Below are positions 55,869 to 64,000 of a DNA stretch of 64,000 nucleotides, piece by piece. This DNA is from a virus. The stretch lies in IMG/VR virus record IMGVR_UViG_3300000239_000002, positions 2,761-66,760 of that record, one strand, 5' to 3'. The translations under genes and the position numbers were made by a program. The notes below the pieces were generated by a model. It had not been told where the DNA came from and made no database searches. It worked only from the letters and a program-made list of their open reading frames with translations. Within the stretch, counting starts at the first letter, position 1, and each line of letters opens with the position of its first letter.

Positions 55869-56129
55869 ATGCTTATATACGCACAAATGGTAAACGCCCG
55901 TACGGAGGAAGTTTACGAAACTATCCACAAAGTGGATACGCTTAATAAAGCGATTCGTTTATGGTCAGAGTATTTTCCTAATGATGATGCAGAATACGAG
56001 ATAGTTATTTCAGAATCAAGTTATGACTATATGTATGGTGACAAGAAATTAGCGTCATTAATGAAAGTAGGAACTACGCCCGGCTATGTCTCTAAAGCAT
56101 CATCCTGGTTATTACTACACGCCCAATGA
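55869..56129 (+). CDS. hypothetical protein
   Basis: Start placed at ATG 5 nt after TAAATA. Confidence 0.55.
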   Translation: MLIYAQMVNARTEEVYETIHKVDTLNKAIRLWSEYFPNDDAEYEIVISESSYDYMYGDKKLASLMKVGTTPGYVSKASSWLLLHAQ

Positions 56130-56460
56130 ATGGGCACGTTTAGGTATGACGGGCCCATTGCCAGATGAGCGCAATAAATTATTACAGAGAGAACTTGCTG
56201 AAATGAAACTTAATGAAGTAGAAGCCAAAAGAGGACCTGTTCGAAATCACGGTTGGTGTTGGAGAGTGACAGATTCAGATGGTAATGAAGGCTTTTTATG
56301 CACTAAAACTGTTGGTGTAGGTGAATGGTCACGATCTGCTCGAGGTAGAGAGCCTGGCAAACAAGTATTTTATTTTGTTAATAAGAATACTGGAAAAGAA
56401 ATTGACTTTGAAAGTGAACAACAAGCGTTGGAAACATTAACTAAAATACCTTGGGAGTAA
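56086..56460 (+). CDS. hypothetical protein
   Basis: Overlapping ORF in operon. Confidence 0.55.
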   Translation: MSLKHHPGYYYTPNEWARLGMTGPLPDERNKLLQRELAEMKLNEVEAKRGPVRNHGWCWRVTDSDGNEGFLCTKTVGVGEWSRSARGREPGKQVFYFVNKNTGKEIDFESEQQALETLTKIPWE

Positions 56461-56463
56461 TCC

Positions 56464-56649
56464 ATGAGTTGGTTATTAGTTGTAACTATGCTTGCCACTA
56501 TAAACGGTGAGCAAAACGAAATGAGTATAGCAACAGAGTACGCAAGTAGGGTAGAATGTGAGCAACAACTCACCTACCAGAAAAATACATCCATTAGTTT
56601 TATGGACATAAAATTAGAAGTTTCAGGTGAATGTGTGGAGAAAAACTAA
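56464..56649 (+). CDS. small exported protein
   Basis: Hydrophobic N-terminus; EY.S..EC...C pattern. Confidence 0.55.
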   Translation: MSWLLVVTMLATINGEQNEMSIATEYASRVECEQQLTYQKNTSISFMDIKLEVSGECVEKN

Positions 56650-56657
56650 ATAGTTGG

Positions 56658-56864
56658 ATGGAAAATCCCTTTACCAAACATCCAAATAGCATTAACGAAA
56701 CATATTTTGAGCATATGAAAAATGCTCTTAGGTTTGTTGTTGTATTGAAGTGTTTAGCATTTGCGGGATTTATTCACTCTATATTTCCATTCTGGTTTGA
56801 AAAAACTGTATCTGATGGCATTAAAGAGTTAAATCTTATTTTAGAAAAGCGGAACAAAACTTGA
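56658..56864 (+). CDS. DUF6356-like membrane protein
   Basis: FTKHPNSINETYFEHM...IHSIFPFWF. Confidence 0.75.
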   Translation: MENPFTKHPNSINETYFEHMKNALRFVVVLKCLAFAGFIHSIFPFWFEKTVSDGIKELNLILEKRNKT

Positions 56865-56889
56865 CTAAATACTAGTAATACTGTATAAT
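56861..56889 (+). promoter_or_regulatory. sigma70 promoter
   Basis: TTGACT-17-TATAAT. Confidence 0.65.
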
Positions 56890-56921
56890 ATAGTACAGAT
56901 TAAGACAATTAGGAGGTACCT

Positions 56922-57146
56922 ATGTATCATACTATAAATGATGTCTTAAGTCTTGTAAATGTAATGCATACAAAGGCAAAAGAAGTAGAAAAGAAGCAAT
57001 CAACAACTAAAGAAAGCAATAATGAGGCAGAAATAGACATCTTAATGAGCGATATTGGTTATATGGCTAATTTATTAGCAGAAGAACTAAAAATCCAAGA
57101 AGAGAGTAAAAAGTGGTCACGTATCAAATCTTTAGGCAAAGACTAA
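56922..57146 (+). CDS. hypothetical protein
   Basis: Strong SD AGGAGG. Confidence 0.7.
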   Translation: MYHTINDVLSLVNVMHTKAKEVEKKQSTTKESNNEAEIDILMSDIGYMANLLAEELKIQEESKKWSRIKSLGKD

Positions 57147-57273
57147 TAGAGAAATAACAATGAAGTATCCAAAATATAAATTTTAACAAATAGAACACTA
57201 TACATAATGATAATATAGTCGACTGCGGAGGTCTTTAGGGCCTGGAAGACGTTAAAAGAGATTTACTTACATT

Positions 57274-57306
57274 AAAATGCCCGGCAACTAAACCCGGGCA
57301 TTTTTT
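57274..57306. terminator. bidirectional intrinsic terminator
   Basis: AAAATGCCCGG-loop-CCGGGCATTTTTT between convergent units. Confidence 0.85.
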
Positions 57307-58468
57307 ATCTAAAATAATCCTCACAATTGCCTTCTCTGTTCACGTCCAAGGTAATACAATGTAATCCACCATCCCAAAAGAAACGATGACGGAAAGGAGT
57401 AATGATATATTCTACTTTATGACGTTTAAATGCGTCTTTAACTTGTTGTGGTGGTTCATTAGTGCAAAGTATTAGATTTTCGTTTATACTTAACATGTTG
57501 ACATCAAATACTGTTTCTTCTATATAACCAACCCATTCGTCTAACCATCCTTCAACAAATTTAATCAACATGTCATTATTTTCTTCACCTTGCAACCACC
57601 ATTTCCCTTTATTACTATATTTTATAGCTGTAAATCCTTTAATAACATTTGACTCGTGAGCTTGTTCTTCTAAATATATTCCTTCCCATCCAGGTACAGA
57701 TTTTTTGTATTCGTTTTCCCAATCTTTCGTATGTACATATAAACCTGGTTTAATGGGGCAAAATGCACCATCTGAATGTCCTCTTATGTCAGTATTAAAT
57801 AAAGTATATTGACTAAATTCTTTATTGATCCATTTTTTTTGGAAAGATGGAAAATTATCAACTATTAATCGTTGTCCTAATCTTACTAAGCAAGGCGCGT
57901 CCATTAAATGTGTTCGTATAGTTTTAGTATGTTCTATATTCATTCCTGGTATAAATTTTCCATTGTCTTTTTTATATGCATTGTCTGTTGAATTTGATGA
58001 TGTACATGGTAATACCATCTTAGTTAATTCTTTAAGTTCTTCTTTATTCATAGGTTCTAATGAATTAAAATCATCAGGGCGTTTATATGGATCGAATGTT
58101 TTGCCGTCAATTAGTAGACTAAAAATACTATCCATTTCTTCTTTATATACAAATCGATATAAGGTATTTGCTACAGTAATATATCCATCTCGTACTGCTA
58201 ATGAAGGAATAGGTGGTTTTGCAGAATTGTCTATATATTCTTGTACTAATTCTACTGGAGGAGAGTCTGGTCTATATACTTTAACATTATGCTCCTCTAA
58301 TACAGCACTTAAATTTAGTAAATCTTCTTCAGTTTCTGCTAGTATACGCTTCAAAGGATCACGAATGCGTAGTTCTTTTATAAAGTCAAACGATTTTTGA
58401 TTATAAGAACGTCCTACTACAATTTCTTTTAATGGTTGGAAGTCGCTATGACAGTTTATTCTCATCAT
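57305..58468 (-). CDS. amidinotransferase (glycine/inosamine amidinotransferase-like)
   Basis: FQPLKEIVVG, VRD, GHSDG, FDVNML, WDGGLHCITLD. Confidence 0.88.
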   Translation of the reverse strand: MMRINCHSDFQPLKEIVVGRSYNQKSFDFIKELRIRDPLKRILAETEEDLLNLSAVLEEHNVKVYRPDSPPVELVQEYIDNSAKPPIPSLAVRDGYITVANTLYRFVYKEEMDSIFSLLIDGKTFDPYKRPDDFNSLEPMNKEELKELTKMVLPCTSSNSTDNAYKKDNGKFIPGMNIEHTKTIRTHLMDAPCLVRLGQRLIVDNFPSFQKKWINKEFSQYTLFNTDIRGHSDGAFCPIKPGLYVHTKDWENEYKKSVPGWEGIYLEEQAHESNVIKGFTAIKYSNKGKWWLQGEENNDMLIKFVEGWLDEWVGYIEETVFDVNMLSINENLILCTNEPPQQVKDAFKRHKVEYIITPFRHRFFWDGGLHCITLDVNREGNCEDYFR

Positions 58469-59138
58469 TGATAATTTTTAATAATTTTGGTGGAGTTATT
58501 TGTATGTATCTGTTTACTAATTTTTCTATTGCTTCTGTATGAGCATCAGTTAAAGGATGATCTATTATTGTTTCTATTTCTCCAATATATTTTTCTGGAG
58601 CCTGAAAAATTGAATTATAATTAAAAAGATTATCTATTTTATCAAATTCTCTAATAATTTTTAATTGTTTTTCTTTATATATTATTTTTTCATTTTTAAT
58701 GACTTTGTGGTTAATATTATCATGAGTTCTAAAAGGCACATTTCCCTTTTCATAACATGCTCTTGTTCTAGCTTTATTAGACATTAATAAAAATATATTA
58801 GTAGTATGTTTAGAAGAAAGTCTTGCCAAATTTTGTATATTTCCAAATGCCACTGGTGTTGTTCTATTTTCTTCAGGTCCATGCATGTTTATCCACCATG
58901 CTGTGCAATATGGATTTTCTTTATATACATTTTCATGAAATATCCATCCAGCCAGGGGTTGATTTTTTTCATTACGAATTGTGCAATAATTATCTTTTAA
59001 TTTTTTCGGAAAACATGCTAATGCGGTAGGAAGTAGTGTATAGTCATGAGCTAGTGCTAATAACCAACTAACAATAACACCTCCTGATCCAGGAAAATAA
59101 AAGATAGAATATTTGAGTTTATCTCTGTCTGACGACAT
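58446..59138 (-). CDS. hypothetical protein (sulfotransferase-like N-terminus)
   Basis: IFYFPGSGG...WLL. Confidence 0.4.
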   Translation of the reverse strand: MSSDRDKLKYSIFYFPGSGGVIVSWLLALAHDYTLLPTALACFPKKLKDNYCTIRNEKNQPLAGWIFHENVYKENPYCTAWWINMHGPEENRTTPVAFGNIQNLARLSSKHTTNIFLLMSNKARTRACYEKGNVPFRTHDNINHKVIKNEKIIYKEKQLKIIREFDKIDNLFNYNSIFQAPEKYIGEIETIIDHPLTDAHTEAIEKLVNRYIQITPPKLLKIINDENKLS

Positions 59139-59144
59139 TTAAAA

Positions 59145-60332
59145 TTAGTCTTCTTGTAATTCTTCTAGTAATACAGTTATATTTAATGAAAATGTTTGTG
59201 GACCATCTCTATTTTCGGTTATGCGATCCACTTTGAATACAACTTTGTCACCTGGCTTTTTTTGAGTAAACCAGATAAAGAAATCATATGTTGTATTAAT
59301 TGGCACATCATCAGCATATGTGATAATGTCTTCTGGTAATAAGTCTGAACGACTTGCTGGCGATTCGTCTGATAGTTCATCAACAATAATACCTATATCA
59401 TCACCTGGCCGGTTTCTCACAGACATACCCATACGTGGACGTCTTACACGTTTATATACGCGCAATTCTTCAACAACGTGTTTTGCTAGATCACTTCTAA
59501 CTGCGAAATTAAGACCTGAATCTACAGGATTGCCTTCTTCTGATTGACCAATTAACATTACATTAACACCAACAACTTCACCATGCATATTAAACAACGG
59601 ACCACCGCTGTTGCCTGGATTTACTGAAGTGTCAGTTTGGATTAACCATTGCCATGGTGAAGAAATACGTCTGCGTGGATGACTCAATATGCCTTCAGTT
59701 ACTGTCCAATATAAACCATGTGGATGTCCAATAGCAAATAGTTTTTCGCCTAGTGTCCAATTATCTGTATTAGTAAATTTTAATGGTTCAATTGCGTTAG
59801 AATTTTCATCAGGATCGATAATTTCTAGTATGGCAAGATCTGTTTTTTCATCAAATGCTATAACTCTTGCTTTATACTGTTTATATTTGAATGAATATAA
59901 TGTAATAATATATTCATCTGCAACACCTTTTTCAATAACATGGTGATTTGTTAAAATAACATTCTTACTAACAAAAAACCCAGTTCCTTGCCCCATAGGT
60001 GATAAATGGTTATTTATTTTTGTAAATTTAAGTGATCCTTCTTCTAGAAATTCATCTACTGAGTTATCATCTTCGGGAGTTTTTTCTTCTGGTTTAGGTG
60101 TGGTTCGTTCAACAGAGCCTGGTGCGGCTTCTTTTACACCCATTGATGTAATTATTACAACACTATTAATAACTTGTGGTACTAATTGTTCAGTTGTTTG
60201 ATAACTTTGTGAAGTTAAATTAGTATTAGCTGCCCAGGACCATGTAGCGTTACGGTCACCAGCACTAGACACGGAACCAAAAAATAACAAACTTGCTCCG
60301 ATAATAGAATTGGCAATAGCGCGTAATAGCAT
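59145..60332 (-). CDS. HtrA/DegP-family serine protease with PDZ domain
   Basis: Signal peptide; GTGF, LTNHHV, DLAIL, NPGNSGGPL; PDZ SPA...D.I. Confidence 0.93.
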   Translation of the reverse strand: MLLRAIANSIIGASLLFFGSVSSAGDRNATWSWAANTNLTSQSYQTTEQLVPQVINSVVIITSMGVKEAAPGSVERTTPKPEEKTPEDDNSVDEFLEEGSLKFTKINNHLSPMGQGTGFFVSKNVILTNHHVIEKGVADEYIITLYSFKYKQYKARVIAFDEKTDLAILEIIDPDENSNAIEPLKFTNTDNWTLGEKLFAIGHPHGLYWTVTEGILSHPRRRISSPWQWLIQTDTSVNPGNSGGPLFNMHGEVVGVNVMLIGQSEEGNPVDSGLNFAVRSDLAKHVVEELRVYKRVRRPRMGMSVRNRPGDDIGIIVDELSDESPASRSDLLPEDIITYADDVPINTTYDFFIWFTQKKPGDKVVFKVDRITENRDGPQTFSLNITVLLEELQED

Positions 60333-60425
60333 ATAAAAGCTCCCTTCTATATTTATTTACACTAAATCATACAGGTATTAAACTACGTGGTTAAATAATT
60401 CATGTATTTTTTAATAAATATGATT

Positions 60426-61976
60426 ATGGCAAAACAAGTAATCAATATTGGTGCGTTAGCAAATGATGGCACTGGCGATACGCTAAGAGCGGCATTTGAT
60501 AAAGTTAATGATAATTTTTCTGAAGCATATCTTTTTGATGTTAACCAATTATCCGATGTAGATACATCTGCTAATGGTGGTTTGGCGAATGGTAAAGTAC
60601 TTGCCTATGATAGTTCATCTGGTAAATTTGAACCATCCTCATTAGTTTACGCTTCTAATTTAACTGACTTAGCAGATGTAGTAATTACAGCAGGCGCCGC
60701 AGGCGAAGTAATAAGACACAATGGTACCAATTGGGTAGATGCAGTATTAACAACTTCAGATGTTAATGAAGGTACTAATCTCTATTATACAGATGCAAGA
60801 GCAGATGCAAGAGCACAATTAAAGATAACTACTTTAATTGATGGTGCTCCCGCCGCATTAGATACACTAAATGAACTAGCCGCCGCAGTTAATGATGATG
60901 CTGGTTATGCCGCAACAATAACATCAGCATTAGCAGGCAAAGAGTCAACAATTACAGCAGGATCCATAGCACAATACTGGAGAGGCGACAAATCCTTTCA
61001 ACCATTAGACACAAGTAATGTAACAGAAAACACAAACCTTTATTATACAAATGTACGAGCAGACGCTCGCATTGCCGCCGCTAATATTGGTGATTTAAAT
61101 AATGTAAACACAGCAGGTGTAGGTGCTAATAAGGCATTGAAATATAATAGTGGCACTAGTGTATTTGAAGTAGTTGATTATACATTAGCTGCATTAACTG
61201 ATGTTACTATTACTTCCGCCGCCAGTGGTGATATTTTAAAACATAATGGTAGTGCTTGGGTTGACGTAGTATTAGACAGTAGTATTGTTCCAGAAAACAC
61301 TAATTTATATCACACTAGTGCTAGAGCAGACGCTAGAGCAGATGTTCGTATTGCCGCATCAAGTGTTAATGCATTAAATGACGTTACTATTACAAGTGTA
61401 GCAAATAATCAATTATTACAATATAATTCAGGCAGTAGTCAATGGGTTAACGTTGCACAAGCATTGGGTGGAGGTGGTGTATCAGTAACAACAGAAAGTT
61501 TTAGTGGAAATAGTGTTCTAACAGCTTTTACTTTGACAACATCTGGTGTTAGTACTAATAACCTTATTGTTAGTGTTAGTGGTGTTGTTCAAAGACCTGT
61601 AGGAGCCTATTCTGTAAGTGGACAAACTTTAACATTTACTGCCGCTCCTCCAACCGGAACAGATAATATTGAAGTAAGATGTCTTGCAACAGGTGAACCA
61701 GGATTTTTAGTTATTACCGCGTCACAAGCTGTTGTAACCGCTGGTAGATATGCTGTAGATACTGTTGGTGGTATTGTCACATGCACATTGCCAGGATCGC
61801 CAGCTGCTGGTGATGCTATATATTTTGTGGATGCTGGTGGTGCATATGCAACTAATAATTTAACTATTGCTCGTAATGGTAATACAATTAATGGCGTTGC
61901 TTCAAACCATGTAATTAGTACTAATGGGCAGTCAACTGGCTTCGTTTATAACGGAGCAACTTGGCGTACGTACTAA
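60426..61976 (+). CDS. tail fibre / baseplate protein with gp9/gp10-type N-terminus
   Basis: INIG..ANDGTGD.LR.AF.K.N.NF; repeats E.TNLYYT.ARADAR and L.DV.IT....G..L..NG..WV. Confidence 0.85.
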   Translation: MAKQVINIGALANDGTGDTLRAAFDKVNDNFSEAYLFDVNQLSDVDTSANGGLANGKVLAYDSSSGKFEPSSLVYASNLTDLADVVITAGAAGEVIRHNGTNWVDAVLTTSDVNEGTNLYYTDARADARAQLKITTLIDGAPAALDTLNELAAAVNDDAGYAATITSALAGKESTITAGSIAQYWRGDKSFQPLDTSNVTENTNLYYTNVRADARIAAANIGDLNNVNTAGVGANKALKYNSGTSVFEVVDYTLAALTDVTITSAASGDILKHNGSAWVDVVLDSSIVPENTNLYHTSARADARADVRIAASSVNALNDVTITSVANNQLLQYNSGSSQWVNVAQALGGGGVSVTTESFSGNSVLTAFTLTTSGVSTNNLIVSVSGVVQRPVGAYSVSGQTLTFTAAPPTGTDNIEVRCLATGEPGFLVITASQAVVTAGRYAVDTVGGIVTCTLPGSPAAGDAIYFVDAGGAYATNNLTIARNGNTINGVASNHVISTNGQSTGFVYNGATWRTY

Positions 61977-62153
61977 GTGGTATCATTTGAATTATTAGTA
62001 CATTTCTCATGTCAAAAATGTTCAGCATGGTGGTCTATCGCTACAGAGTCTGGCAAAGAAGATTTTTTTAAAGAAAAAGATTGGTATTGTCCTTGGTGCG
62101 GACATATTAATAACTACAGTAACGAACCTACTCCAGATAGTATAAATACTTAA
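61977..62153 (+). CDS. 58-aa zinc-ribbon protein (not in ORF track)
   Basis: HFSCQKCSAWWSI...WYCPWCGH; GTG start. Confidence 0.65.
   Translation: MVSFELLVHFSCQKCSAWWSIATESGKEDFFKEKDWYCPWCGHINNYSNEPTPDSINT
62141..62148 (+). promoter_or_regulatory. T4-type late promoter
   Basis: Perfect TATAAATA before structural genes. Confidence 0.75.
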
Positions 62154-62177
62154 TAATACAATTATTTGGAGAAAATA

Positions 62178-62453
62178 ATGGCTAGACAAGCAATTGGAAT
62201 TGGCAGTACTGCTAATGACGGTACCGGTGATCCACTACGTACGGCATTTGATAAAGCAAATGATAACTTTTTAGAGTTATACATGCTACAAGCAGATGGC
62301 GCAACAGCAGTAGCGGCACCAGCCACAGCAGTAGGTGCTACCGGCGATTACGCAGGTAAAACAGCATATGATACAAGTTATTTTTATGTTTGTTTTGCGG
62401 CATATGATGGTGCAACAAGCATTTGGCGTAGATCAGCACACGCATCTTGGTAA
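62178..62453 (+). CDS. short virion protein with gp9/gp10-type N-terminus
   Basis: ANDGTGDPLRTAFDKANDNF; C-terminal YFYVC...WRR. Confidence 0.8.
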   Translation: MARQAIGIGSTANDGTGDPLRTAFDKANDNFLELYMLQADGATAVAAPATAVGATGDYAGKTAYDTSYFYVCFAAYDGATSIWRRSAHASW

Positions 62454-62458
62454 AATAA

Positions 62459-63532
62459 ATGGCCGCACCATATTGGGTAACTACGGCTGGAGATCTTGGA
62501 ATTATCCAAGAAATGGAGTTTTATTCACTTCAGTTAACTGGGCGAGATCCTGAAGAAAGCTCAAATAATACTGGATTAACATTTAAGTTAATTGCCGGTA
62601 AATTACCTGGCGGCGTAGCATTAGCACCAACTGGACTTATTGATGGAATACCTACACAACGTAGTTTATTAAAAGGTGTTCCATACGAAGTTGCTAATAA
62701 TGTTACAAGCACTTTTGTTATTAGAATAACTGATGCTGAATCTTTATTAGCCGATAGAACTTTTAGTTTAACTGTTGCTGGTCCTGACGCGCCAATTTGG
62801 TCTACGGCGGCAGGAAAATTAGCAGATGTTCATGATGGGCAAGAAATTATTACAACATTGGCGGCAACTGACTCAGATTTAGATGTGTTGACTTATAGTA
62901 TACATTCAGGTAGTTTACCAGCTGGTTTAATTATGAGCACAACTGGTGTAATAACTGGACGAATTTCTAAAATAACAGTATCACAAGATTTTAACTTTGT
63001 TATTAGAGTAACTGATGGTAATACTAATGTAGATAGACAGTTCAGTTATAGAGTACATGCTCTTGCTAAAGCGAGAGTTGACACTCATCAAGACATATTT
63101 GGTGATAATATTACATGTGATAGTACTAGTACAATGTGGCTGTGTGACAATTATCTTTTTGCTAGACCATATATGACAAAGCCAGCAGGATCAGTTGGTA
63201 CAATTAGGCATAGTAATTTTTATATTGAATTGTTTGAAGGGAAATTATTAGAAGACCTACCTTTAATTAGTTTTGAGCAAAGTGGTAATCTACCACAAGG
63301 TACAACATTTGATGGTGTATATGAAACTAATGCTAATGACGGTGTTGGTTCGTGTATTATATATGGCACTATACCACATACAACAGCATCTTCTACAACA
63401 TATACTTTTTCAATTAGAGCAAAAAATCTTGATGAAGATTTTTATTATAAAGATTTAACAATTTATGGTGACTGGATTGAGTATACTTTGACTGTGCGAG
63501 GCGCGGCAGATACTGAGGTCACTTGGGGTTAA
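62459..63532 (+). CDS. virion protein with putative Ig/cadherin-like repeats
   Basis: P.W.T.AG.L, G.LP.G......G.I.G, F.IR.TD repeats. Confidence 0.8.
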   Translation: MAAPYWVTTAGDLGIIQEMEFYSLQLTGRDPEESSNNTGLTFKLIAGKLPGGVALAPTGLIDGIPTQRSLLKGVPYEVANNVTSTFVIRITDAESLLADRTFSLTVAGPDAPIWSTAAGKLADVHDGQEIITTLAATDSDLDVLTYSIHSGSLPAGLIMSTTGVITGRISKITVSQDFNFVIRVTDGNTNVDRQFSYRVHALAKARVDTHQDIFGDNITCDSTSTMWLCDNYLFARPYMTKPAGSVGTIRHSNFYIELFEGKLLEDLPLISFEQSGNLPQGTTFDGVYETNANDGVGSCIIYGTIPHTTASSTTYTFSIRAKNLDEDFYYKDLTIYGDWIEYTLTVRGAADTEVTWG

Positions 63533-63534
63533 TT

Positions 63535-64000
63535 ATGGCATATACAAGTTTAGGAACAATAAATGCAGGCAAATCTTGTAAGTTAAAAATTAACGCAACA
63601 GCACCTGATGGTTCAGCACTATTCATTAGAATGAAGCGATCAAAAGATGCTGGTGAACTTCCACAAGGCTTAAGAGTATCGCAAGATGGCTCAATATTAG
63701 GACGAACTACTTTTCGTAATAATACAATGTTTGATCAAGCAACCACAACGTTTGTAGATACAGATTCTACTGCTATAACATCGTGGGATAGTAACTATGA
63801 ATTTATAGTAGAAGCATATAGTGCAATTGGCCCATTAACAAGTATTGTTGTACTTAATGGTGGAACCGGCTATACGTCAGCACCTACTGTAACTATTGCT
63901 GGCGGTGGCGGTGGGCAAGCAACAGCAACTTGTACCGTATCTGGTGGTGCTGTTAATGCGATTACAGTAACGGCGGGAGGCGACAACTATACACATGAAC
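63535..64000 (+). CDS. virion structural protein, truncated by window edge
   Basis: MAYTSLGTINAG...GELPQGL...NGGTGYTSAPTVTIAGGGG; open to end of window. Confidence 0.75.
   Translation, partial: MAYTSLGTINAGKSCKLKINATAPDGSALFIRMKRSKDAGELPQGLRVSQDGSILGRTTFRNNTMFDQATTTFVDTDSTAITSWDSNYEFIVEAYSAIGPLTSIVVLNGGTGYTSAPTVTIAGGGGGQATATCTVSGGAVNAITVTAGGDNYTHE

Noticed and set aside
57218-57252. Hammerhead ribozyme
   Set aside because: Core would need CUGANGA and GAAA; the sequence has CTGCGGA and GGAAG.
60700-61460. DGR template/variable repeats in the tail fibre
   Set aside because: The repeats are protein-level fibre repeats without adenine-specific differences, and no reverse transcriptase is in the window.
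1-64000. CRISPR array, rRNA, integrase or transposase
   Set aside because: No regularly spaced repeats, rRNA sequence or recombinase motifs seen by eye.
1-64000. Stop-codon reassignment
   Set aside because: Conserved genes are full length under the standard code and end in TAA, TAG or TGA; no suppressor tRNA seen.

Overview
This AT-rich window is most likely part of a large T4-like (jumbo) myophage genome from a marine proteobacterial host. Taxonomy and host are inferences. Support: dense short hypothetical ORFs, T4-type late promoters (TATAAATA/TAAATA), sigma70 early promoters, gp9/gp10-type tail/baseplate genes at the right end, an ATP-dependent DNA ligase, three HNH nucleases, and 14 intact tRNAs plus one chimeric tRNA. 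Auxiliary genes include prkA/yeaG-yeaH-spoVR, EF-G, an unannotated ArfA-like peptide, prs, speD, glutathione peroxidase, two IscA/HesB proteins, HtrA, a type IV pilin, an amidinotransferase, four radical SAM enzymes and many Fe/2OG oxygenases. Most notable signals: (1) at least 16 genes start exactly 5 nt after TAAATA with no Shine-Dalgarno, implying a leaderless late-mRNA programme; (2) a TauD-fold enzyme with the halogenase-type HxA motif inside a modification operon; (3) a family of late proteins with T4 capsid-targeting-like N-termini; (4) an HNH gene in the tRNA array with an RBS-sequestering hairpin and a tRNA-like 7-bp/CCA closure; (5) tRNA-Ile(UAU); (6) a Gly/Ser chimeric tRNA; (7) duplicated promoter cassettes. 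All functional calls come from motif reading by eye, not database searches.
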